Below, in pieces: positions 45,290 through 54,177 of a stretch of DNA of 64,000 nucleotides. The stretch comes from an uncultured Chthonomonadaceae bacterium (GTDB lineage: Bacteria > Armatimonadota > Chthonomonadetes > Chthonomonadales > CAJBBX01): the NCBI GenBank assembly GCA_964429855.1, contig CAYSDM010000006.1, positions 32,047 through 96,046 of the forward strand, read 5' to 3'. The notes beneath the pieces were generated by a model. The model was not told the origin of the DNA. It worked only from the letters and a program-made list of their open reading frames with translations, and did not search any database. Position 1 is the stretch's first letter. The number at the start of each line of letters is the position of its first letter. Both the position numbers and the translations under genes were made by a program.

Positions 45290-46301
45290 GCACGACGCGA
45301 GCCGCTTTCAGGCGCTGGCGCAGAGCCTCCGGGTCGTTGTTCAGAAACAGAATAGCTCCCTTCCAGATGTGCGTGGCTCCCGGCGCGACGTTAGCGTTCT
45401 GCGTGGGGCCGGCGTGCAGGCAGGGAATGCGCGTGTTCGTCATCAGCATCATCTGTTCCGGTCCCCAGTGGATCGCCAGCAGCCGCCTGCCGTCCGCTGA
45501 GACCCGCGCAATCGCCGGAAAGTCCGCCAGTTGATCCACCACCCACCAGCCGTCGGGCCACTCTCTCGCCCCGCCGTAGACCTTCGATCCCGCCTTCGTC
45601 AGCATCAGCACCCAGGGTTCCCGCTTTTTCTGCTCCGGCGTGGGGGTCGTTGCGCCGAAGCTGATGAATCGCCCTTCCACCCAGGTATGCACGGGATGCA
45701 GGTCCAGCCGCCTGCCAAACTGCGGCTCCTCTGTGAGAACCAGACACATCTGACAGTTCAGGTTATTCAACGGTTTGCCGGTCTCGTTGGTAACAGCGAA
45801 TTCCAGGTCAACCTGATCGGCTCGCGGGCGAACGGTGGCGCGCATCTTCACTCCCTCGCGAGTCTTCGCCGTGTAGGAGAGCGCGCCGGTACGCCGATCC
45901 GTTTTCCACTGCGGGAAGGGGGAGAGGCTCGCAAGCGGCGGCATATCGGGACGTTGATGGTCAATGAAATGCAGCCCCTGACTGCTTGCCAGAGTCTCCG
46001 GCATCCGCAGCCGAATCCACCCTGTCATCCAGGGCGCGGCAGCTTCGAATGCCAGCAGTCCGGTCTGACCGTCAGTCGGAGGGGGAACGGGTCTGACGGC
46101 GATACGCGATTCCGATCTCTGCGTCTCGGTCTCCTGCGCGGCGTCAGAAGGAGATAGGTTCATGTTTACACCCCGGTTCACTTCGCCCTCGCAAATGCAG
46201 GAACGGCGGATGGAATAGAGCCGATGTTCTGGCTCGGATGGGTGGGAGAGAACCGACAAAGCCAGCATTGCTGCCAGCGCATAACCGTATCGTATACTCA
46301 T
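45285..46301 (-). CDS. Hypothetical secreted protein, unknown family (paralogue of 14672..15418)
   Basis: The start chosen is MSIRYGYALAAMLALSVLS (signal-like) behind GAGGTG. The C-terminal ~230 aa aligns with the 14672 ORF. Confidence 0.6.
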   Translation of the reverse strand: MSIRYGYALAAMLALSVLSHPSEPEHRLYSIRRSCICEGEVNRGVNMNLSPSDAAQETETQRSESRIAVRPVPPPTDGQTGLLAFEAAAPWMTGWIRLRMPETLASSQGLHFIDHQRPDMPPLASLSPFPQWKTDRRTGALSYTAKTREGVKMRATVRPRADQVDLEFAVTNETGKPLNNLNCQMCLVLTEEPQFGRRLDLHPVHTWVEGRFISFGATTPTPEQKKREPWVLMLTKAGSKVYGGAREWPDGWWVVDQLADFPAIARVSADGRRLLAIHWGPEQMMLMTNTRIPCLHAGPTQNANVAPGATHIWKGAILFLNNDPEALRQRLKAARVVL

Positions 46302-46441
46302 CCTTGCACCTCTGTGTTTCCCCGTCGTCGCCACACTCTGACCGAAACCCTCATTCGCGATCGTCCCGATCACCGTCTGGCTGGCGTTGGTCACGGTGCG
46401 TTCAGTCAGGGTGGTATTTGTCCATGACTGCAACAATATCA

Positions 46442-46831
46442 TTACACATCAGCCCGGCGAAACGGCTTCAGACGCAAAATGCAGCGTTCCACAATATTGC
46501 GCTTTGCGCCCTCTTTATCGCGAGGCGCTTCGGTAACACAGGTAAAGAGGGTTAGAAGGAGATACTCATGGCAGAAAGGTCTATGAAAACTCTCCCGAAA
46601 CCCGTTCTGCCACGGTCTACCAGGATCAATATAATGGGGCTTGGCCTCCTTGCCTACCAACCAGGCTTTGAGGGCATGGTAGATGAACTCCGGATAGTCG
46701 CGCAAGCCTTCCTCTCCCTCGTCCCGGGCGGCGGCTCCTTTTGGTCCCTCTTCTACGCGGTTCGAAAAGCGCGCCACCGCCCTTCGATTCAGGTCATCTA
46801 TAGAGAAGGAAGGGGGAGCTTCTTTCTTCAA
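46442..46831 (-). pseudogene. Degenerate remnant of an IS transposase (integrase-core rve C-terminal part)
   Basis: YPEFIYHALKAWLVGKEAKPHYIDPGRPWQNGFRESFH aligns with the conserved GPEF...AL..WL....I.PGSPWENGY.ESFN block of IS3-type transposases. The catalytic N-terminal part is absent and downstream sequence has decayed. Confidence 0.6.
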
Positions 46832-46867
46832 TCGCTTAAGAAAGTCAAACAGATTCTTTGCCGTCTG

Positions 46868-48424
46868 TCACGCATTCTGCGTCATCTTGCCCTTGTCCGC
46901 CGCCTGCGCGTTGCGGCGCGCCTCCTCTGCCTGACGCTGCATCTCCTCGACCGTCTTGGTCTGCAATCGCGCCATGCCCGTAAAGCCTTCCAGCGTCTTT
47001 ACCCGCGTGCCGTTGCGCTCCGCCTCCTCCAGACGCGCCTTCGCCTTCGGAATCTCTGCGGCGTACTGCGGCAGCCACGTCGCCTGCGCCACCAGCATCT
47101 CGTCCGTCATCTGCCACACCTCCTCCGGGTCGCAGACCGCCCCGACCAGCGGATCGTGCAGCATCGCCTGCTTCAGCAGAGTCACATCCCCCGCGACCGC
47201 CGCCTCCATCCCCATCCGCTGTACGTTCACGCTCGCCGAACAGGTCGCCGCGCACGCCAGAGGCAGGTCGCCGATATGCGCCATGTGGATACCGTTCCTG
47301 TCCACAAATCCCAGCGACTCGACGATACAGCCCTGCGGCAGGTTGGTAACGATCCCGGTGTTGGGCACGTTGAAGTGACCGCGATAGGTCCGTCCGGTCT
47401 CCAGCGCCTCGATGATGTAGGAGCCGTGCTCCTCGCTGCGGCTTTCGGGGGTGAATTTCGGCGGGTCGGCTTTGAGCCAGTTAGGGAAGTCGGTCTCGAA
47501 CCAGTTGCGCCCCTCCGTGCAGACCCGCAAGTAGCCGCCCGTCTCCCCGTTGATCCACGACGACAGGTCTATCCACCTGGCGATCTCGTCCAGGCGCTTG
47601 CGATACCAGGGCACATACTCTGACAGATGCCCGTTGCTCTCCGTCGAGTAGTAGCCAAACCGCTTGAGCACGTCTATGCGCACCTTTTCGGTGGTGGGGT
47701 AGGTTGGATGGGAGGCGAACAGATCGTAGAGCATCGGGATCAGGTCATACTGCCGCCACTGCGCCTGCAGGCACCAGGTCTGATGGTTGATGCCGGAGAA
47801 GACAAAGGCGATATCCTTGCGGTGGACGCTCTCCTCGGGACCGATCAGTCCTTCGCGGCGCGCCCAGTGCGTCACGCAGTCGGCAATCTGCCACTGCGCT
47901 CCCTGCACCCCGTGACACAGCCCGACCGTCTTCACGCCCCCGTATTTGTTGCACGCCCAGGTCAGCATCGCCATCGGGTTGGAGTAGTTGAGGAAGAGCG
48001 CGCCCGGTTTCGCTACTTCTCGAATATCCTTGCAGAACTCCAGCAGCGCCGCGATGCCCCGCTGCGCGTACATAATGCCGCCCGCACAGATCGTGTCGCC
48101 CACGCACTGATCCACGCCGTACTTGAGGGGAATGTCAATGTCGGTCTGGAACGCCTCCAGCCCGCCCTGCCTTATCATGCAGATCACGTAGTCGCTGTCG
48201 GCAATCGCGGCGCGGCGGTCCGTTGTGGCGACAATCTTAGCAGGCAGGTTGTTACCGGCGATGTCGCGCTCGGCCAGTTGCCGTACCATATCGAGGTTGC
48301 GCGCGTTGATGTCGGTAAAGGCGAAGGTAGTATCGTTCAATTCGGGAACGGTGAGCAGATCTCCCATCAGCCGACGGGTGAAGCCGATGCTCCCGGCTCC
48401 GATCATGGCGATTTTGAGGGACAT
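46868..48424 (-). CDS. GH4 family alpha-galactosidase/alpha-glucosidase (NAD/Mn-dependent)
   Basis: MSLKIAMIGAGSIGFTRRL Rossmann start, NYSNPMAMLTWA and GLCHGVQG motifs. An extra charged C-terminal tail of about 60-70 aa. Confidence 0.85.
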   Translation of the reverse strand: MSLKIAMIGAGSIGFTRRLMGDLLTVPELNDTTFAFTDINARNLDMVRQLAERDIAGNNLPAKIVATTDRRAAIADSDYVICMIRQGGLEAFQTDIDIPLKYGVDQCVGDTICAGGIMYAQRGIAALLEFCKDIREVAKPGALFLNYSNPMAMLTWACNKYGGVKTVGLCHGVQGAQWQIADCVTHWARREGLIGPEESVHRKDIAFVFSGINHQTWCLQAQWRQYDLIPMLYDLFASHPTYPTTEKVRIDVLKRFGYYSTESNGHLSEYVPWYRKRLDEIARWIDLSSWINGETGGYLRVCTEGRNWFETDFPNWLKADPPKFTPESRSEEHGSYIIEALETGRTYRGHFNVPNTGIVTNLPQGCIVESLGFVDRNGIHMAHIGDLPLACAATCSASVNVQRMGMEAAVAGDVTLLKQAMLHDPLVGAVCDPEEVWQMTDEMLVAQATWLPQYAAEIPKAKARLEEAERNGTRVKTLEGFTGMARLQTKTVEEMQRQAEEARRNAQAADKGKMTQNA

Positions 48425-48430
48425 AAGAAA

Positions 48431-48465
48431 ACTCTCCCGGTGCGTGAATTGTTCACCGGGAGAGT
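48431..48465 (-). promoter_or_regulatory. 12-bp perfect hairpin in the GH4 5'-UTR that sequesters the Shine-Dalgarno sequence
   Basis: The mRNA reads ACUCUCCCGGUG-AACAAUUCACG-CACCGGGAGAGU-UUUCUU-AUG. The 3' arm contains the only SD (GGGAGAG). Confidence 0.5.
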
Positions 48466-48922
48466 TCGCGAGGCGAGAACCAGAGTCCTGCATGGATATC
48501 CTTCGATATGAGATGCAGACGCGAACGATGAGGAGCGGTTTGATAGGTTAACGGCTGTAAGCGGAGCCACGCTAATGGCGGGAGCGAGGCGCAGGCGGAA
48601 GCTGCTGGGCGTCGGCTCCACTGCCATGTTAGGCCGTGGCCCTGCCCCATTTTCGCATATAGTGCGCTGAAGCGGTTGCATTGGCGCAGCCGTTGCTTCC
48701 GTCGTTGTCCCGGGGCGCTCTGGCGCGCCGATTGGCGCTTCGTTTATGCTTACAACAAACGCCAACTCGCCAAAAGGAGCAAGCCCGAATACAACTACAA
48801 CCTCATAGACTTCTTATCCACACTATCATAGACACTCCCGAAACAACGCCGTTTTCTTGCGGTTCTCCCGGATCGGGTATACTAACCCACTGTATCAACG
48901 TACAGAGTGATGGGAGAGCGGC

Positions 48923-49819
48923 ATGGGCAGCACACGCAGGGAGTTTCTGACGGCAGCGACGGCAACCCCGATTCTGCTGGCGTCGTCTCTGTCAGCGAAA
49001 GGGCAGGACGATCAGGCGAAGGAACCGCCGCCCCCGGCGTATCGGCTTGCCATCAATCTGGAGATCATGTTCCCGCGCGAGATGCCCTACGAAGAGCGGA
49101 TCGCGCAGGTCGCCAGATGCGGAGCCAGACACTACGGATTCTGGGGATGGCAGGGCAAGAACCTCGATAAGATGCTGGAGATGCAGACGAAGCATGACCT
49201 GAAATGCGTCAGTATCACCGGCAACCCGAAAACCGGATGGGGGACGGGTCTGACGAAGACCGGGGCGGAGCAGGCGTTTCTGGAGGATTTCGAGGAGTGC
49301 TGCCAGGTCGCCAATCGTTTCGGGTGCGATAACCTGATCACCTTTGTCGGCGCGGCGCAGAAAGATATTCCGAAAGAGACTCAGCAGGAGCAGATCATCG
49401 CCGGGTTGAAGAGAGCAGGAGAGATCGCCCGGAAGTATAACGTCTATCTGACGCTGGAGCCGCTGAACCGGGTCGAGTCGCCGCAGATGACGATGCTGAC
49501 CTCCGCCGAAGCGTTTCTGTACTGCACGGAGACCAATCACCCGCATGTGAAGGTAGACTACGATATCTACCACCGGCAACTTGGCGAAGGCAATGTGTTA
49601 AACAATTTGCGCGTCGGGCTGGAGAAGGGCTACATTCGCTTTATCGAGGTCGGGGATGTGCCGGGACGCCGCGAGCCGGGCAGCGGCGAAACCAACTATC
49701 ATAATATCTTTCGTTTCCTGCGACGGGTCGGGTATGCGGGCTTTATCGGCATGGAGCATGGCAGCACCTCCACGCCGCAGCACGCCTGGGATGTCACCCG
49801 CAAACTGGCAGGGCTGTAA
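48923..49819 (+). CDS. Tat-exported xylose-isomerase-like TIM-barrel protein (sugar phosphate isomerase/epimerase, Hyi-like)
   Basis: MGSTRREFLTAATA twin-arginine leader. LEPLNRVE, DIYH and IGMEH metal-ligand blocks of the AP_endonuc_2 fold. Confidence 0.8.
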   Translation: MGSTRREFLTAATATPILLASSLSAKGQDDQAKEPPPPAYRLAINLEIMFPREMPYEERIAQVARCGARHYGFWGWQGKNLDKMLEMQTKHDLKCVSITGNPKTGWGTGLTKTGAEQAFLEDFEECCQVANRFGCDNLITFVGAAQKDIPKETQQEQIIAGLKRAGEIARKYNVYLTLEPLNRVESPQMTMLTSAEAFLYCTETNHPHVKVDYDIYHRQLGEGNVLNNLRVGLEKGYIRFIEVGDVPGRREPGSGETNYHNIFRFLRRVGYAGFIGMEHGSTSTPQHAWDVTRKLAGL

Positions 49820-49862
49820 ACGGATAAAAAGCGCGGTTCTCGCGCACAGGAGAGCAATAGGG

Positions 49863-50168
49863 ATGCCTGAGTCTGTCAAGGTCGCCAATGTGAGCGATCT
49901 CCCGGAGGGAACGGGGCTGGTCGTGGATGTGAGAGGCGCAGAGATCGCGCTGTTCAAGGTGGAGGACAACGTCTATGCCATCGAGAACGAGTGCCCGCAT
50001 CGCGAGGGGCCGCTCGGCGACGGCGATCTGGACGGAGAGATCGTCACCTGCCCGTTCCACGCCTGGGAGGTCAACGTCCGCACCGGCGAGGTCGTCATGA
50101 ACCCGGCGATCTGCGCGAAGACCTATCCCTGCCGCGTGGAGGATGGCGCGGTCTATGTCGAAGTCTGA
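49863..50168 (+). CDS. Rieske [2Fe-2S] domain protein (NirD-like small ferredoxin)
   Basis: 101 aa. CPHREGPL...CPFHAW gives the CxH...CxxH ligands. Confidence 0.8.
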   Translation: MPESVKVANVSDLPEGTGLVVDVRGAEIALFKVEDNVYAIENECPHREGPLGDGDLDGEIVTCPFHAWEVNVRTGEVVMNPAICAKTYPCRVEDGAVYVEV

Positions 50169-50189
50169 TCGCCGCTTTTCGGGAAAACA

Positions 50190-50972
50190 ATGGCGACTCT
50201 GATACCTGCCGCGACGCAGACGAAGGCGCATCTGGTAGAGATGTTCGCCAGCGTTCAGGGAGAGGGTCCCTGGGTGGGGGAACGGCAGCTTTTCGTCCGC
50301 TTTCTGGGGTGTAACCTGGACTGTCTCTACTGCGACGCGCCGGAGACCAAGACCCGTCAGAGCCGCTGCCGGATCGAGGAGGAGCCGGGTTCGTGGCGGT
50401 TTGAGTGGGTGGATAACCCGTTCATGGTCGCCGACCTGATGCGCCATCTGGAGCGTTTTGGCTCCCCTGCGCTCTACCATGCGGTCGCGGTCACGGGCGG
50501 AGAGCCGCTGCTGCATCACCGCTTTCTGGCAAACTGGTTTCCCGCGCTGCGTCAGGCAGGCTATCGGGTCTATCTGGAGACCAGCGGCGAACTGTACGCG
50601 AGAATGGAGCGCGTAGCGTCGTGGGTGGACTTCTGCGCGATGGACATCAAGCTCCCCTCCAGCAGCGGCGAAAAGCCGCTCTGGCAGGCGCATCGCGCAT
50701 TTCTGCAGGTCTGCCGGGATGCTGGGATCGCCACCTATGCAAAGGCGGTCGTCGGGCATAACAGTACAGACGAGGAGATCGCGGAGAGCGCGCGCATCGT
50801 GGCGGAGGTCTGGGGGGAGGTTGCGCTGGTGTTGCAGCCGGTGACGCCGTTCGGGGCGGTCACGCAGGCTCCCACCGCCGCGCAGATGCTCCACTTTCAG
50901 CTTGTCGCGCGGGCGATCCACCCGCGTGTGCGCGTCATTCCGCAGACGCATAAGCTGCTGGGCGCGCTCTAG
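50190..50972 (+). CDS. queE: 7-carboxy-7-deazaguanine synthase (radical SAM)
   Basis: [37 protein letters not shown] carries the CX3CX2C cluster in the typical QueE context. Confidence 0.85.
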   Translation: MATLIPAATQTKAHLVEMFASVQGEGPWVGERQLFVRFLGCNLDCLYCDAPETKTRQSRCRIEEEPGSWRFEWVDNPFMVADLMRHLERFGSPALYHAVAVTGGEPLLHHRFLANWFPALRQAGYRVYLETSGELYARMERVASWVDFCAMDIKLPSSSGEKPLWQAHRAFLQVCRDAGIATYAKAVVGHNSTDEEIAESARIVAEVWGEVALVLQPVTPFGAVTQAPTAAQMLHFQLVARAIHPRVRVIPQTHKLLGAL

Positions 50973-50991
50973 GAGAGGAGAGAGGCGCAGT

Positions 50992-51681
50992 ATGGGCGGA
51001 CTGGCGGTCGTGCTGGTGTCGGGAGGAATGGACAGCGCGGTGACGGCGGCGGCGGCGCGCGCCGACGGCTACGATCTGCGTTTTCTGCACCTGAACTACG
51101 GACAGCGCACCGAAAAGCGTGAACTGAAGGCGTTTCATGACATCGCCGACCACTACGGCATTCCGGCTTCCGGGCGGCTGGTCGCCTCCATCGCGCACCT
51201 GGCACAGATTGGCGGCTCCTCCCTGACCGACGCCCGCATCCCCGTCTCCGAAGCCGACCTCTCCAATCCCGCTATTCCCTCCTCCTACGTCCCGTTTCGC
51301 AACGCGCATATCCTCTCCATCGCCGTAAGCTGGGCGGAGGTGATCGGGGCGGCGCGCATCTACATCGGGGCGGTCTACGAGGATTCGAGCGGCTATCCCG
51401 ACTGCCGACCGGAGTACTATGCCGCCTTTAACGAGGTGGTGCGACTGGGAACGGCGAAAGGAGAGATACGCATCGAGACGCCGTTGATCCACCTGAAGAA
51501 AGAGGAGATTGTGCGAAAGGGCATCGAACTGGGCGCGCCGCTCGCTCTGACCTGGTCCTGTTATCAATCAGAAGACGAAGCCTGCGGAGTCTGCGACTCC
51601 TGCGCGCTGCGCCTCCGCGGATTCCAGCGCGCCGGGATCGAAGATCCGATCCCCTACCGCGCTCGCCTGAACTATGCCTGA
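50992..51681 (+). CDS. queC: 7-cyano-7-deazaguanine (preQ0) synthase
   Basis: [14 protein letters not shown]-loop and C-terminal Zn site [35 protein letters not shown]. Confidence 0.9.
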   Translation: MGGLAVVLVSGGMDSAVTAAAARADGYDLRFLHLNYGQRTEKRELKAFHDIADHYGIPASGRLVASIAHLAQIGGSSLTDARIPVSEADLSNPAIPSSYVPFRNAHILSIAVSWAEVIGAARIYIGAVYEDSSGYPDCRPEYYAAFNEVVRLGTAKGEIRIETPLIHLKKEEIVRKGIELGAPLALTWSCYQSEDEACGVCDSCALRLRGFQRAGIEDPIPYRARLNYA

Positions 51682-51694
51682 CGCCGGAAACGCC

Positions 51695-52276
51695 ATGAAC
51701 ACCCCCTTTCGACCGGATCAGATCGCCTCCGAAGAGATTCACGAAGAGGAGACGCTTCTCTGGTCAGGCAGACCCTCGCGCCGGCGCGCCGTGCTGGTCA
51801 GTATGATTCTGCTGACGCTGGGCGCGCCGATCACCCTGCTCGCGCTCCTCTGGATCATCATCACGCTGCTTGCCTTCAACTTCGGCAGCGCGGGGTGGCT
51901 GATCTCGCTGACGATCGGGCTGCTGCTCCTGCTGCCGGGCGTGGTCATGGTCGCGGGGTCGTTTTTCCTGCTGCGGCGCATGTCGCAGATGGTCTACGCG
52001 CTGACCGATGAGCGGGCGCTGTTTATTGGCGTCGGACGCCGACGCCGCGTCCACTCGTACCCGCTTTCCGATCTGACTGAACTTGCGACCGGACTCTTTG
52101 AGGAGGGAGCCGGGAGCGGACGCCTGACGGCGGCGTTCTGGGTAAAGGCGCTGCGCCGCGCGCTGATCGGGCGCAACGCGCTCCGGCGGCTGCGGCTGGC
52201 GTGGCATATCGGTTTCGTGGAGATTCCGGAGGCGCGCCGCGCGCTCGGTCTGCTGCGGAATCTGATCGGTTCCTGA
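51695..52276 (+). CDS. Membrane protein with bacterial PH-like (YdbS/DUF304-like) organisation, function unknown
   Basis: EETLLWSGRPS, then two TM helices, then VYALTDERALFI. This pattern resembles bPH_2 proteins, but the assignment is weak. Confidence 0.45.
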   Translation: MNTPFRPDQIASEEIHEEETLLWSGRPSRRRAVLVSMILLTLGAPITLLALLWIIITLLAFNFGSAGWLISLTIGLLLLLPGVVMVAGSFFLLRRMSQMVYALTDERALFIGVGRRRRVHSYPLSDLTELATGLFEEGAGSGRLTAAFWVKALRRALIGRNALRRLRLAWHIGFVEIPEARRALGLLRNLIGS

Positions 52277-52315
52277 ACGGTCGTCGGGGCGGATTGTAAC
52301 AAAAGGAGAGAGGAG

Positions 52316-53191
52316 ATGCCGATCTTAACGGCTGACGATCTGGCTTTGTTTGATGAGCAGGGCTATCTGGTGGTGCATGACGCCGTGCCGCCGGAGAATC
52401 TGGAGGCGTGCATACAGGCGATCTGGGACTTTCTGGGCATAGACCGCCACAACCCGGACGACTGGTACCGCCCGCCGCTGCCCCGTGGCGGCATGGTGGA
52501 GATGTATCAGCATCAGGCGATGTGGGACAACCGGCAGCATCCGCGACTGCATGAGGCGTTCTCCGACCTGTGGGGAACCGAAAAGCTGTGGGTCTCGGTA
52601 GATCGGGTGAACCTGAAACCGCCGCAGCATCCCGATCACCCGGAGTATGACTTCAAGGGGTTTATCCATGTGGATAACGATCTGGCGAAGCTGCACAGCC
52701 AGTATCGGGGCGCGCCCCTGCAGCCGCGCGCGCCCTTCTTCTGGGTGCAGGGCGTGCTCTACCTGACCGACACGACTCCTGAACAGGGCGGCTTTCAGTG
52801 CGTGCCGGGAATGCACCGGCAACTGAAGGAGTGGGTTGTCGGCGCGCCGCCGGATGCGCCCCTGCCCGATCTGCGCGCTGATCAGGCGATTCCCATTCCC
52901 GGCAAGGCGGGCGATCTGGTGATCTGGGACAATATGCTGCCGCACGGCAACGGGCACAACGTCTCGGATCGTCCGCGTCTGGCGCAGTTCATCAGCATGT
53001 TTCGTGCGCAGGAAAAGAATGAACAGATCCGCCAGCATCGGGTCCGCTGCTGGCAGGAGCGCGAGCCGCCCGGCCCGCCGACCTTCCCCGGCGATCCGCG
53101 CCGGATCGAGCAGCAGTTCGGAACCACCGCCGTGTTGACTCCGCTTGGGCGCAGGCTGCTGGGGGCGGATTTCTGGGAAGACAGAGATTGA
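52316..53191 (+). CDS. Phytanoyl-CoA dioxygenase (PhyH) family Fe(II)/2-oxoglutarate oxygenase
   Basis: FDEQGYLVVHDAV N-terminus, an IHVDND (HxD) facial-triad motif and a distal His in LPHGNGHN. Confidence 0.8.
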   Translation: MPILTADDLALFDEQGYLVVHDAVPPENLEACIQAIWDFLGIDRHNPDDWYRPPLPRGGMVEMYQHQAMWDNRQHPRLHEAFSDLWGTEKLWVSVDRVNLKPPQHPDHPEYDFKGFIHVDNDLAKLHSQYRGAPLQPRAPFFWVQGVLYLTDTTPEQGGFQCVPGMHRQLKEWVVGAPPDAPLPDLRADQAIPIPGKAGDLVIWDNMLPHGNGHNVSDRPRLAQFISMFRAQEKNEQIRQHRVRCWQEREPPGPPTFPGDPRRIEQQFGTTAVLTPLGRRLLGADFWEDRD

Positions 53192-54177
53192 GCAGGCACG
53201 GGGATCGAATTCGGGGAGCGATACTGGGACTGGCGTGCGGGGATGCGCTGGGCGCGCCGATTGAGTTTCAGAGCATGGAGACGGCGCGAGCGCGCTGGGG
53301 ACGACTGACGGAGATGGTCGGCGGGGGAGCATGGATGCCGGGCGAGTGGACGGACGACACCGGCATGATGCTCTGCGTCGCGGAGGGCATTCTGGCAGCC
53401 CCCAACGACCCGATTGAAGCCATCGGCGCGCGATTTCTGGAGTGGAGCCGCACCGCCAAAGACATCGGCACGACCATCAGCGCGACGCTGGGCGGCTATC
53501 GCGGCAACTGGGCGGAGGCGTCCCGCAATAATCCGCGCGCGCAGATGGGACGCGCCGCCAGCAATGGCTCGCTGATGCGTACCCTGCCGGTCGCGCTGGC
53601 TTATCCGGACCGTGAGCGTATGCTCGCCATGAGCGCGCGTATCTCCGGCATGACTCACTGGGATCCGCAGGCAGAGGTCTGCTGTGCCGCCTACTGTCTC
53701 TGGGTGCGCCATCTGCTGGCAGGCGCGCCGATGGGCGAAGCCTGGGGACAGGCGCTGGCGGAGAGCCGCGCCGTGGCGCAACAGGGCGCGCGCACCGACG
53801 ATACTCCCGGTACCGCTCCGCTGCCGCCGGGGTTTTGGGAGCGGCTGGAGGCGATCCCCTCTCTGCGGTATGAGCAGTTGCAGCCGAGCGGCTACGCCGG
53901 ATATGTGGTGGAGTGTCTGGAAGCGGCGGTCTGGTGCTGCCTGTGCGGCGATTCGCTGGAGACGATTCTGGTGGATGTGGTCAATCTCGCGGGCGAATCG
54001 GATACGATAGCGGCGGTTGCCGGAGGCGCGGCAGGAGCCTGTTACGGCGCGTCGGCGATCCCGCAACGCTGGATTGAAAAGCTGTATCAGCGCGAACGGC
54101 TGGAACAGGTTTCGGAAAGGCTCTCCGCGTTCAGAGAAAGAGAGATGAGGAGCGATGGACAGGCAGAACCCCTTTGA
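53188..54177 (+). CDS. ADP-ribosylglycohydrolase family protein
   Basis: RIRGAILGLACGDALGAPIEF, WTDDTGMML and GESDTIAAVAGGAAGACYG motifs. The TTG start overlaps the PhyH stop (TTGA). Confidence 0.85.
   Translation: MSRHGDRIRGAILGLACGDALGAPIEFQSMETARARWGRLTEMVGGGAWMPGEWTDDTGMMLCVAEGILAAPNDPIEAIGARFLEWSRTAKDIGTTISATLGGYRGNWAEASRNNPRAQMGRAASNGSLMRTLPVALAYPDRERMLAMSARISGMTHWDPQAEVCCAAYCLWVRHLLAGAPMGEAWGQALAESRAVAQQGARTDDTPGTAPLPPGFWERLEAIPSLRYEQLQPSGYAGYVVECLEAAVWCCLCGDSLETILVDVVNLAGESDTIAAVAGGAAGACYGASAIPQRWIEKLYQRERLEQVSERLSAFREREMRSDGQAEPL

Noticed and set aside
46568-48511. Two long plus-strand ORFs (351 and 294 aa) opposite the GH4 gene
   Set aside because: They are shadow frames of a clearly identifiable GH4 enzyme, with Arg/His/Leu/Pro-rich composition.
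48493-48922. Roughly 430-bp spacer inspected for a riboswitch or structured ncRNA
   Set aside because: Apart from the SD-sequestering hairpin near 48431-48465 and a weak TTCTTG-N18-TATACT promoter-like pair (48854-48883), I could not match any known RNA family by eye. An Infernal scan is needed.
50168-50190. PreQ1 riboswitch upstream of queE/queC
   Set aside because: The spacers before the Rieske gene and queE are only 21-43 nt and show no preQ1-type hairpin or A-rich tail.
52325-54066. Minus-strand ORFs of 335 and 394 aa opposite the PhyH and ADP-ribosylglycohydrolase genes
   Set aside because: They are shadow ORFs. The plus-strand products carry family-specific motifs.
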